From positions 607,234 through 671,233 of the forward strand of contig JBAZBD010000001.1 in assembly GCA_041671645.1 (NCBI GenBank): a stretch of DNA of 64,000 nt, written 5' to 3'. This document shows, in pieces, positions 27,013-35,520 of this stretch; within the stretch, counting starts at the first letter, position 1; each line of letters begins with the position of its first letter. Both the position numbers and the translations under genes were made by a program. Source of the DNA: Patescibacteria group bacterium (lineage in GTDB: Bacteria; Patescibacteriota; UBA1384; XYA2-FULL-43-10; 1-14-0-10-43-13). A model generated the notes under the pieces. It was given only the letters and a program-made list of their open reading frames with translations. It was not told the origin of the DNA and did no database searches.

Positions 27013-27636
27013 TTATTTGGTGTATAAAGTCTCGAATTCTTTGAGGCAAGCCTCAGAAACGATAACCTTGCTTGATGACATGATGCTGACAATATCGAGC
27101 TTGCCTGGCATTGAAAGCTTGACGCCTGCAATGTTGCGGAATGACTGTGCGGCGAACTCATCTTCAGAGCTTATAATAACAGAAATTTTACCGAAAGCCT
27201 TAACATTGTCCAAGATCTTAGAAGCATCCTGTGTTTTTGGGGCTTTAAGCTTCAAGGAATCGATAACGATCCCCTTCTCTTCTGTCAAAGCTTGACCAAG
27301 AATTGCTACAATTGCTTTTCTCTTCAGGCTTTTGTTGATTCTGGTGGTATAATTTCTCTCGTTTGTCGGGCCGAATGCAACACCACCACCAACAAAGTGT
27401 GGAGCGCGGCGTGAACCCTGACGAGCATTACCAGTACCCTTTTGTTTGTATGGCTTCTTGCCAGTACCAGAAACTTCGCTTCTGTCTTTGCTATTTGAGA
27501 TAGCATCGCGCATTGAATTGCGAAGATAATCAAGATACAAAGCCAAAGCACTGTCGCTTATTTTTGCCTCGAAAATGGGGCTAAGCGCCAAATCTTTAAC
27601 TTTCTCACCGGATTGATTTAAGACTGATATTTTCAT
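27013..27636 (-). CDS. rplD: 50S ribosomal protein L4
   Basis: 207 aa. Its position and the uL4 core (KPYKQKGTGNARQGSRRAPHFVGGGVAFGP) support the call. Confidence 0.9.
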   Translation of the reverse strand: MKISVLNQSGEKVKDLALSPIFEAKISDSALALYLDYLRNSMRDAISNSKDRSEVSGTGKKPYKQKGTGNARQGSRRAPHFVGGGVAFGPTNERNYTTRINKSLKRKAIVAILGQALTEEKGIVIDSLKLKAPKTQDASKILDNVKAFGKISVIISSEDEFAAQSFRNIAGVKLSMPGKLDIVSIMSSSKVIVSEACLKEFETLYTK

Positions 27637-27641
27637 AATAA

Positions 27642-28196
27642 TTATTTCGAATAAATCCTCAAGATTGCGCCATTGTTTCCTGGAATTGCGCCAGAGATCA
27701 GAATTGTCTCTTTGTCGATGTCGACAACTTTGAGATTTTGAACAGTGATGACAGTAGCGCCCATATGGCCGGCCATGCGGCGACCCTTGACCACACGCTG
27801 TGGTTGCTGAGCACCGATTGAGCCTGGCTCTCTCACATTGTTACCACCGTGAGATTCAGGACCACGTTTGAAGCCATGTCTCTTGATCGTACCAGCAAAA
27901 CCCTTGCCCTTGGTCACACCCTGTACGGCAACTGATTCGCCAGCGACGAGATCCACTTCGAGATTTTGACCAACTTTGTATTGATCAGCATTTTCGATGC
28001 GGAACTCAGTAATTTTGAGGTCAACTTCTTTCTTGCCCTTCTCTTTGACAGATTTGATTTGAATAGCAGAATATCCGTCCTTATCGGCGGTTTTGATAGC
28101 AGAAACGCTAGATGGAAGGATCTTTACAACAGTGACGGCAATATTCTTGCCCTCAGCGTCGAAGACTCTCGTCATATTCACTTTTTGACCTAGCAT
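27642..28196 (-). CDS. rplC: 50S ribosomal protein L3
   Basis: Start chosen at MLGQKVNMTRVF to match the uL3 N-terminus (M.G..GKKVGMTR.F). The track ORF extends to a GTG at 28238. No clear SD is present, so the start is uncertain by +/-15 codons. Confidence 0.85.
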   Translation of the reverse strand: MLGQKVNMTRVFDAEGKNIAVTVVKILPSSVSAIKTADKDGYSAIQIKSVKEKGKKEVDLKITEFRIENADQYKVGQNLEVDLVAGESVAVQGVTKGKGFAGTIKRHGFKRGPESHGGNNVREPGSIGAQQPQRVVKGRRMAGHMGATVITVQNLKVVDIDKETILISGAIPGNNGAILRIYSK

Positions 28197-28289
28197 GAAC
28201 TTCATAAGTTGCAGAACCATACGAATAGCGAATTTCACTAATTACGAATGGCAAATAATTTAATACCTTACCGCTGGATATAATTGTTT

Positions 28290-28486
28290 ACATCCAATGG
28301 AGGATATCCCGGTATAAGGAACCGGGATCTGTAGGGGGTGAGCTCACGTGAGCTCTGGTAAATGCGCCGTTGGCGCGGAATCGACTGCCCGACGGCTGAG
28401 CTGATAAGAGCTCTGCGTATGAGTCAGGCAGTGGCTACCACTATATTTCCGGGCATCACTCCGGGTCGCAGCCGTGGTAGCTGTTC
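28290..28486 (-). ncRNA. Candidate structured RNA element (GC-rich, multiple perfect hairpins) between tRNA and rplC. Family not determined.
   Basis: About 58% GC in an AT-rich context. Nested perfect stems include GATATCCCGG..CCGGGATC, GAGCTCACGTGAGCTC (16-bp perfect palindrome), GCGCC-gtt-GGCGC, GAGCT-gataag-AGCTC and GCTACCAC...GTGGTAGC (long range). There is no ORF. I could not match RNase P, SRP, tmRNA or 6S motifs by eye. Confidence 0.35.
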
Positions 28487-28562
28487 TGGCTCCCGAGACA
28501 GGACTTGAACCTGCGACCAGTGGCCTATAAACCACTTGCTCTACCAACTGAGCTACTCGGAA
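28487..28562 (-). tRNA. tRNA gene (CCA-encoded). Isotype uncertain: most like tRNA-Ile2/Met class, possible anticodon UAU, non-canonical 8-nt anticodon loop.
   Basis: Minus-strand reading: UUCCGAG-UA-GCUCAGUUGGUAGAGC-A-AGUGG-UUUAUAGG-CCACU-GGUC-GCAGG-UUCAAGU-CCUGU-CUCGGGA-G-CCA. The acceptor, D and T arms are perfect. The anticodon stem AGUGG/CCACU leaves an 8-nt loop. The backbone resembles E. coli ileX. Confidence 0.7.
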
Positions 28563-28575
28563 AAACCAATGAAAC

Positions 28576-28653
28576 TGGAGCCTCCTGCAGGGGTTGAACC
28601 TGCGACCTCTGTCTTAAATAGACAAGTGCTCTGGCCGACTGAGCTAAGGAGGC
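28576..28653 (-). tRNA. tRNA gene (CCA-encoded). Isotype uncertain: Lys(UUU)-like backbone with an irregular anticodon arm.
   Basis: GCCUCCU-UA-GCUC-AGUCGGCCA-GAGC-AC-UUGUC-UAUUUAA-GACAG-AGGUC-GCAGG-UUCAACC-CCUGC-AGGAGGC-U-CCA. It is 78 nt. The arms are perfect except the anticodon arm, which needs an extra nt at position 26 and gives A at position 33. Confidence 0.7.
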
Positions 28654-28862
28654 TTCGCTTTCGCGAAATGTAAAGTACAATCTAAGAGTAGAACAATGCC
28701 ATATTTGGCAGTTACCAAGCGGAGGTACCGTGCAAAGGTTATGTTCCGCTACTTTGGTTGAATATGCCGTTGTTCTACTCAGTTGAGTATACTTATCCGA
28801 TATTTGGTTGTGAAATACGTGATTTACTCCAAAAAAGAATGTGGCCATAGATCTTAGCTGAT

Positions 28863-28878
28863 TCCGCCAGCTGGCGGA
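28863..28878. repeat. Perfect palindrome TCCGCCAGCTGGCGGA, copy 2
   Basis: Exact match to the 16-mer at 14748-14763. It is intergenic between rpsJ and the tRNAs. Confidence 0.8.
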
Positions 28879-29019
28879 CAACTCGATATCTACGACTTGC
28901 TCATGGAGCTTTCAAATTATCTGATCTCAATATACCGAATTTGACTCGAAAAGTCAACTGCCTTCGGCAAGTTGAAAGTCCATCAAGTCGAAAGTCATAA
29001 AGCAACTATTTCTAGCACC

Positions 29020-29060
29020 TTATGACTTTATAGACTTTACGAACTTTATAACTTTTGACT
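29020..29060. repeat. ACTTT-rich short tandem repeat (site A of a dispersed family)
   Basis: TATGACTTTATAGACTTTACGAACTTTATAACTTTTGACT. GTCGAAAGTCATAAAG lies just upstream at 28987-29002. Confidence 0.7.
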
Positions 29061-29079
29061 AGTCGATCTAGATCGACTA
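29060..29079. terminator. Perfect 20-bp palindrome TAGTCGATCTAGATCGACTA overlapping the rpsJ stop codon
   Basis: An exact reverse-complement palindrome. It is a possible 3' stem-loop or protein-binding site and is followed by the A/T-rich repeat. Confidence 0.4.
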
Positions 29080-29400
29080 CATTTTGATTTCGATATCTAC
29101 GCCGTGTGGAAGGTCCAAGCTCATAAGATTGTCGATCGTCTTTGGAGTTGGGTTAATAACATCGATCAATCTCTTGTGTGTGCGCATTTCGAACTGTTCG
29201 CGAGCATCCTTGTGAACATGAGGCGATTTCAAGACGGTAATCTTGCACTTCTCAGTTGGCAGTGGGATTGGACCAGCTACTGTGGCCCCGCTTCTGATCG
29301 CGGTTTCGATAATCTGCTCACACGATTTGTCGATAATTCGATGATCGTATGCCTTCAGGCGTATTCTGATTTTTTGTCGTACTGCTTGCTTCTCAGCCAT
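29077..29400 (-). CDS. rpsJ: 30S ribosomal protein S10
   Basis: 107 aa. [41 protein letters not shown] is a canonical uS10. Confidence 0.95.
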   Translation of the reverse strand: MAEKQAVRQKIRIRLKAYDHRIIDKSCEQIIETAIRSGATVAGPIPLPTEKCKITVLKSPHVHKDAREQFEMRTHKRLIDVINPTPKTIDNLMSLDLPHGVDIEIKM

Positions 29401-29438
29401 GTTTTATTCTCTGTTTAAGCCGTTGTGACTTATGTAAC

Positions 29439-30617
<1,179 letters not shown>

Positions 30618-30696
30618 TGCAATCTCCTCTTAAATATTTATTTATTTGCCTAAAAACTATAACAAAAATGTGAACTTAATGCAAGAGTAATTGAAA

Positions 30697-32772
30697 TTAT
30701 TTCTTGCGCTTTTCGATGATCGTCTGTGCGACGTTGTTTGGAACCTCTGCATAGTGATCAAATTCCATCACTGCGGCCGCTCGTCCCTGTGACATTGAGC
30801 GTAAGCTGGTGGTATATCCAAACATTGAAGCGAGAGGAACAAATGCGTTGATGAGCTTGATACCGTTTGGTCTGTCTTCCATCTTGTTGATTTGACCACG
30901 TTTGGCGTTCAAGTCCCCGATAACATCGCCCATGAAGTCTTCAGGGGTAGTTACTTCAACTTTCATGACAGGCTCGAGCAATACTGGCTTGGCTTTCTTG
31001 AAACCGTCCTGGAAGGCCATAGAAGCGGCGATTTTGAAGGCAACCTCAGAAGAGTCAACTTCATGGTAAGAACCGTCATATACCTCTGCTGTGACGTCAA
31101 CAACTGGGTAACCAGCAATAACACCACGGCCCATAGCTTCCTTGATACCCTCTTCGATCGGTTTGATATATTCACGAGGGATAGCGCCACCAACGATAGA
31201 GTTGATGAAGACAAATCCTGCACCCTGCTCAGAAGGCTTGAGTCTGAGCCAGCAGTGACCATATTGACCACGACCACCGGTCTGACGAATGTATTTACCC
31301 TCTTGAGTGACTTCCTCACGAATAGTTTCGCGGAAAGCTACCTGTGGAGCACCGACATTGGCTTCGACTTTGAACTCGCGTTTCATACGATCTACGATGA
31401 TCTCGAGGTGAAGTTCGCCCATACCAGCGATAATCGTCTGAGAAGTTTCCTCATCAGTTCGAACACGGAAGGTAGGGTCTTCCTCGGCCAATCTCTGTAG
31501 AGCGATACCCATTTTTTCCTGATCAGCTTTGGTCTTTGGCTCAATCGCAATATCGATAACTGGCTCTGGGAAGGTAATCTTCTCGAGAATTACAGGGGAT
31601 GTGAGATCGCAAAGCGTGTCACCAGTAGTTGTATTAGAAAGTCCGACAGCGGCAGCGATTTCACCAGCGTAGACTGTGTCTACTTCCTCACGGTGATTGG
31701 CATGAAGTCGGACGATTCGGCCGATTCTCTCTTTGTTGCCAGTAGTAGAGTTTAGAATATATGAACCCTTGGTCAAAATACCGCGATAAAGGCGGAAGAA
31801 GATCAATTTACCAACAAATGGGTCAGTTGCGACCTTGAAAGCAAGTGCGGCAAATGGCTCGTTGTCGACTGGATTAACGTCAACTTCTGCATCAGTCTTG
31901 GGGTCAATACCACGTGCTGGTGGAACATCGAGAGGAGAAGGAAGATAGGCTACGATTGCATCAAGCAAGGAAACTGCGATGACACCGCGTCCGTCGCCAC
32001 CCAATACTGGGTAGAATTGGCCAGAGATACAAGCTTTACGAATAAGTATTTTCAGCTCTTCGTTTGAGATTGATTCGCCGCCAAGATATTTCTCCATGAG
32101 CGCGTCATCATACTCAACAACTTTCTCAACCAGCTTCTCGCGCCACTCATTGGCCTTGTCTACCATATCAGCTGGGATCTCAACTTCTTCGAGCTTGTGA
32201 TCTTTGTAATCCTTGTAAGTGTAGGCTTTCATGTCGACGAGATCGACGATACCGTTGATCGCCTGCTCAAATCCGATTGGGATCTGAATTGGTGAGGCAT
32301 TCTTGGAAAGGCGAAGGTGCATAGACTCGAGTGAGCGATAGAAGTCGCCACCGGTTTGATTGATCTTGTTGATGAAGCACATACGAGGAACGTTGTACTT
32401 GTCGGCTTGGCGCCAGACAGTCTCAGACTGTGGCTCTACGCCCATCTTGCCATCGAAGATGACTACTGCACCGTCGAGTACACGAAGAGAACGCTCAACC
32501 TCTACAGTGAAGTCTACGTGGCCTGGAGTATCGATAATATTGATGCGGTGATCTTTCCAAAAACAGGTGGTAGCAGCTGAGGTGATGGTAATACCACGCT
32601 CACGCTCTTGCTCCATCCAGTCCATGGTCGCAGCACCTTCATGAACCTCGCCGATCTTGTGGACGCGGCCGGTGGTGTACAAAATACCCTCAGTGACGGT
32701 GGTCTTGCCAGCGTCAATGTGAGCGATTGTACCAATATTTCGAACTCGGTCTAGTGTGTAGTCTCTTGCCAT
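30697..32772 (-). CDS. fusA: Elongation factor G
   Basis: 691 aa. [21 protein letters not shown]. All five EF-G domains are present. Confidence 0.97.
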   Translation of the reverse strand: MARDYTLDRVRNIGTIAHIDAGKTTVTEGILYTTGRVHKIGEVHEGAATMDWMEQERERGITITSAATTCFWKDHRINIIDTPGHVDFTVEVERSLRVLDGAVVIFDGKMGVEPQSETVWRQADKYNVPRMCFINKINQTGGDFYRSLESMHLRLSKNASPIQIPIGFEQAINGIVDLVDMKAYTYKDYKDHKLEEVEIPADMVDKANEWREKLVEKVVEYDDALMEKYLGGESISNEELKILIRKACISGQFYPVLGGDGRGVIAVSLLDAIVAYLPSPLDVPPARGIDPKTDAEVDVNPVDNEPFAALAFKVATDPFVGKLIFFRLYRGILTKGSYILNSTTGNKERIGRIVRLHANHREEVDTVYAGEIAAAVGLSNTTTGDTLCDLTSPVILEKITFPEPVIDIAIEPKTKADQEKMGIALQRLAEEDPTFRVRTDEETSQTIIAGMGELHLEIIVDRMKREFKVEANVGAPQVAFRETIREEVTQEGKYIRQTGGRGQYGHCWLRLKPSEQGAGFVFINSIVGGAIPREYIKPIEEGIKEAMGRGVIAGYPVVDVTAEVYDGSYHEVDSSEVAFKIAASMAFQDGFKKAKPVLLEPVMKVEVTTPEDFMGDVIGDLNAKRGQINKMEDRPNGIKLINAFVPLASMFGYTTSLRSMSQGRAAAVMEFDHYAEVPNNVAQTIIEKRKK

Positions 32773-32993
32773 AAATTTCCTAAGTAATTCTTAATTTTTA
32801 TTCGTTAATTTTTATTCAAATTCAAATTTGTAATTCTAAATTAATAATTGATTAGAAATTAATAATTAGGAACTAAAAATTTGATTGCCCTAGCAATCTA
32901 AAATTTTCCCCATTTCCGTTCAATATTAACACAATTATTCCCAAAGTGTCAATCGTGATTGAACGTGCCACAAATAGGCCATAAACGACAATT

Positions 32994-33017
32994 CCCTCAC
33001 CCGCTGTGGGGTGAGGG
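32994..33017. terminator. Hairpin CCCTCACCC-gctgt-GGGGTGAGGG downstream of the 33037..33366 gene
   Basis: 9-bp perfect GC-rich stem with a weak U-tract on the minus strand. Confidence 0.4.
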
Positions 33018-33036
33018 ACTGCAATCCTTATGGGGA

Positions 33037-33366
33037 CTATTGGTTCACGGTTTCGACCGTGATTTCGGTGACCGTCGTGGTCACCACTTTTCTGAATCTC
33101 AGCACGGTGACGGGGGGAAGCTCCGGCTCTGGTCTCTTCGAGACGGGCCGAATCATCGCCATTCGTGCTGCGACGGCCTTTGCCCGAACCTCGGGCTGGA
33201 GAATCTCACTGTACTGGGTGGCGAGATCCAAGATCTGCGCCTTTGCAGCACGTGTCTTCATCGACACAAGCAATTGAATAAGTTCAATCGCCTCGTCGAC
33301 CCCTCCGGGTTTTGACCCTTTTACTACGATTTGGCCAGCAATCTCGCTAGCCGTCTGCTTCTGCAT
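33037..33366 (-). CDS. Hypothetical protein, GC-rich gene (start refined)
   Basis: Start at MQKQTASEIAGQ..., with GGAGG 9 nt upstream. The track's longer start at 33423 would run into the shared promoter. 109 aa with no recognised domain. GC is about 55%. Confidence 0.5.
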   Translation of the reverse strand: MQKQTASEIAGQIVVKGSKPGGVDEAIELIQLLVSMKTRAAKAQILDLATQYSEILQPEVRAKAVAARMAMIRPVSKRPEPELPPVTVLRFRKVVTTTVTEITVETVNQ

Positions 33367-33413
33367 TTTCTGCATCCTCCGTTTTGTATTACCGCTATGC
33401 TTGCGGTAGACCA

Positions 33414-33460
33414 ATTCTAGCACAAATCACCTTGACATGTCAAGGGAAAAGGAGTATAAT
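33414..33460. promoter_or_regulatory. Divergent promoter pair sharing the palindromic -35 TTGACATGTCAA
   Basis: Plus strand: TTGACA at 33432-33437, a 17-nt spacer, TATAAT at 33455-33460. Minus strand: TTGACA (reverse complement of 33438-33443), an 18-nt spacer, TAGAAT (reverse complement of 33414-33419). Confidence 0.5.
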
Positions 33461-33519
33461 ATTAATTATCCAAAGAGCAGTTCGTGCTTGGAGGAAGATT
33501 TCTAAAGGAGGTAACGCTC

Positions 33520-33996
33520 ATGCGTTACACATTAATAATCCTGGCCATCGTGGCTATTATCCTTCTGAGTGGGTGTTCTGGCCTACAGGCTAAGTTCCCA
33601 CGGATCGAAAGGGTCCGCATGGACCGACCCTCGTCCTCCTTTATCGTTGTGACCAATAGGGCAGACGGCTATGTAAATGCCGAATGCTACTATCTGGTCG
33701 ACCATCTTGGCCAGCCAACGTCCAACGCGGCTGGTACGAAACATGTCGTTTTCACGACAAATCAGGTCAAAGTGATCGGGTTTGATCGTGAAAGAGGTCA
33801 GGCAATATTTGTCGTGACATCAGGCTATTGGGACTCGCTCCCCACAGCGGTCCCTGTTTATGTGGCGGCCCAGTATTCAAACTGGGTCTGGGATTATTCC
33901 CACCCGCAAAACAATGATCCTTCGACGTATGACGCCAGCACCTCTGGCTTGTTCCGATTTGATGTCGGAGCAACCGAGGGTGTCTCGGTATATTAG
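33520..33996 (+). CDS. Hypothetical lipoprotein, GC-rich gene
   Basis: AAGGAGGT lies 8 nt before the ATG at 33520. MRYTLIILAIVAIILLSGCSG is a signal peptide with the lipobox LSGC. 158 aa mature protein, rich in aromatics and Asn, with no known domain. Confidence 0.6.
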   Translation: MRYTLIILAIVAIILLSGCSGLQAKFPRIERVRMDRPSSSFIVVTNRADGYVNAECYYLVDHLGQPTSNAAGTKHVVFTTNQVKVIGFDRERGQAIFVVTSGYWDSLPTAVPVYVAAQYSNWVWDYSHPQNNDPSTYDASTSGLFRFDVGATEGVSVY

Positions 33997-34017
33997 ACCC
34001 AATTTAATTGGGATCAG

Positions 34018-34080
34018 GCAGATAACAGGAAGTTATCTGCACTGAAAAATGATCTTCTCTAGCAGGAGATCATTTTTTAT
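34018..34080 (+). terminator. Tandem hairpins ending in a T-run (Rho-independent terminator of the lipoprotein gene)
   Basis: GCAGATAAC-agga-aGTTATCTGC, then AAAAATGATCTtCT..AGgAGATCATTTTTT. Confidence 0.6.
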
Positions 34081-34130
34081 TTACACAATTCAACCACGCA
34101 ATTGAATTATTCATTCAAAACCTATAAATC

Positions 34131-34172
34131 ATGTCTATGATTTTGAAACGATCGTTTCTTATTCTTAGACAG
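34131..34172. repeat. 42-bp direct repeat copy 1 (contains the perfect palindrome GAAACGATCGTTTC), overlapping the 3' end of the PaaX-like gene
   Basis: ATGTCTATGATTTTGAAACGATCGTTTCTTATTCTTAGACAG. About 40 of 42 positions are identical to the copy at 34748-34789. It contains an internal TGTCTA...TAGACA inverted repeat. Confidence 0.8.
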
Positions 34173-34719
34173 ACTTTGAGAGAATTCCAAGTATTGATTT
34201 GTTGATACTGCTTTGCTCTGCGATGAAGCTCGCAACGTATTCTTCGACTTTGTACTCAATCGATGCCAGCTCAACAAATTCGGCCGCGTCTTTGTCGGTG
34301 ACCCACAAGCTCCTTTGGATTTGTTTGAAACCCATCCGTTTCAGAACCTTACGGAAATTATTTCGGCGAGTGCTCAAATATTCTGGGATATCGAAAGAAA
34401 CAAGTAAGAAACGATCAATTAGCTTGTTATGCTTCACAATTTTGTCGGCCACCTTCAATCTTGCCTTGTTCGTAAAAACGATAGACTCCTGCGCGTCCTG
34501 CCTGATCTCAATATATTTTCGCCTTTTCATGGAGTCAATAAATTTGCAGAAATTCCGATAGGTCAGTGTTGGTTCAGCATAGTAAAGCTGTCTGTAAACT
34601 TCTTTCCGTCCTCCTGCAATGATCAAAAATGACTCGGTTAACCCGAGGACAGAATCCAAAACCCTTTCCAAGGTAAGCGACGCCGCTTGAGCAATATTTT
34701 CTTTTAACTCCTTCTCCAT
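34165..34719 (-). CDS. PaaX-like putative transcriptional regulator (N-terminal wHTH-like region plus C-terminal Cas2-like domain)
   Basis: 184 aa. The C-terminal FLLVSFDIPEYLSTRRNNFRKVLKRMGFKQIQRSLWV follows the Cas2 beta1-alpha1-beta2 pattern (xLVxYDI....RR.KVxKxLxxxGxRxQxSVF). The N-terminal roughly 100 aa (FCKFIDSMKRRKYIEIRQD...SIVFTNKARLKV) look like a winged helix. The domain order matches PaaX. The call was made by eye. Confidence 0.4.
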   Translation of the reverse strand: MEKELKENIAQAASLTLERVLDSVLGLTESFLIIAGGRKEVYRQLYYAEPTLTYRNFCKFIDSMKRRKYIEIRQDAQESIVFTNKARLKVADKIVKHNKLIDRFLLVSFDIPEYLSTRRNNFRKVLKRMGFKQIQRSLWVTDKDAAEFVELASIEYKVEEYVASFIAEQSSINKSILGILSKSV

Positions 34720-34747
34720 ACATTAATCTTATTACGATTTATTATAT

Positions 34748-34789
34748 ATGTCTATGATTTTGAAACGATCGTTTCTTTTTCATAGACAG
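34748..34789. repeat. 42-bp direct repeat copy 2 (palindrome GAAACGATCGTTTC at 34762-34775), between the PaaX-like gene and paralog 1
   Basis: ATGTCTATGATTTTGAAACGATCGTTTCTTTTTCATAGACAG. It lies 12 nt upstream of the -35 of the paralog-1 promoter and 29 nt upstream of the PaaX-like start on the other strand. Confidence 0.8.
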
Positions 34790-34800
34790 TTTGCAAATGA

Positions 34801-34829
34801 TTGCTAATAACGAGCCGATTTGGTATAGC
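34801..34829 (+). promoter_or_regulatory. Sigma70-like promoter TTGCTA-17-TATAGC for paralog 1
   Basis: Part of the duplicated unit GAGCCGATTTGGTATAGCT shared with the paralog-2 upstream region. Confidence 0.4.
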
Positions 34830-34862
34830 TTTATTAAGATCAAACCTCAAAGGAGAAATTTG

Positions 34863-35417
34863 ATGCAAAATTGGATCGAAGAGATAGCCAATAAAATTGG
34901 AGTCGAGTTTTCTCGGCATCCCCTCACTCTATTACTGCTTGACCAGATCAAACTGGTCGAAGAGTCCGATTGTGTACACAAAGACAATCTTCTCGAGACA
35001 TTCGAAGTGTTCGTCTCAGCAGAGCACGACACCGCCTATATGGCGCTTGATTGGCTGGCCGAGGCAAGCGAAGGCGAGTGCAGCGAGCCAGAATGTGTAC
35101 AGCACGCCTCGATAATGTTGGTTGCCATTTTCACCGGAAAGGGAAGTATCCTCAACGTACTGGCTTCAGGCGACAAATGTCTGTATACGATTAAGCACTT
35201 CTACGAAAAAAATCGAAGGAACAAAGAGTTGAAGGCTTTCAACCGCCTGTGTCTTGCCGCTCTCAGACATGCAGGAGTAGACTTCTCCCAATGTCTTGAA
35301 ATAGATGAATCCTCCTGGGGATTTATTAAAATTGCGGAGGCGCACAAATGGATTGTTGATAGTAGTTATTATGACCGTTTCGAAGCGAATACCAAGAAAA
35401 AACCCGAGGGTTCTTAG
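34863..35417 (+). CDS. Hypothetical protein, tandem paralog 1
   Basis: Start at MQNWIEEIANK, with AAAGGAGAAA upstream. 184 aa. It shares conserved blocks with paralog 2 (HPLT..L+DQI..., P.CVQ+AS++L.A+FT.K, LCLA.L.HAGVD.SQC). No family was recognised. Confidence 0.6.
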   Translation: MQNWIEEIANKIGVEFSRHPLTLLLLDQIKLVEESDCVHKDNLLETFEVFVSAEHDTAYMALDWLAEASEGECSEPECVQHASIMLVAIFTGKGSILNVLASGDKCLYTIKHFYEKNRRNKELKAFNRLCLAALRHAGVDFSQCLEIDESSWGFIKIAEAHKWIVDSSYYDRFEANTKKKPEGS

Positions 35418-35452
35418 CAATAGCAAGAATCCTTTTTTATTTCTCTCCAAAA

Positions 35453-35481
35453 TTGCAAACCATGAGCCGATTTGGTATAGC
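35453..35481 (+). promoter_or_regulatory. Sigma70-like promoter TTGCAA-17-TATAGC for paralog 2
   Basis: Same architecture and core sequence as the paralog-1 promoter. Confidence 0.4.
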
Positions 35482-35520
35482 TGTATTAGAGATCAAATCC
35501 ATACAAGAAGGAGGCATCTG

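Noticed and set aside
28290-28486. Assignment of the structured element to RNase P RNA, SRP RNA, tmRNA or a third tRNA
   Set aside because: I could not find the P4/CR-I/CR-V motifs, the SRP domain IV GNRA loop, the tmRNA tRNA-like ends or a T-loop (GTTCRANYC) by eye. It is left as an unclassified candidate pending covariance-model search.
28344-28881. Two ORFs (67 aa and 118 aa) over the tRNA / structured-RNA region
   Set aside because: They overlap the two tRNA genes and the GC-rich hairpin region, and their reading frames are by-products of stable RNA sequence.
30892-31500. 202-aa plus-strand ORF and other ORFs of 60-130 aa inside fusA, tuf, rpoB, rpoC, gyrA and gyrB
   Set aside because: Antisense or out of frame within strongly supported long genes. 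No independent signals.
33484-33519. N-terminal extension MLGGRFLKEVTL of the lipoprotein ORF
   Set aside because: AAGGAGGT lies 8 nt upstream of the ATG at 33520, and that start gives a canonical lipoprotein signal peptide. The longer start would begin about 25 nt after the predicted TSS without an RBS.
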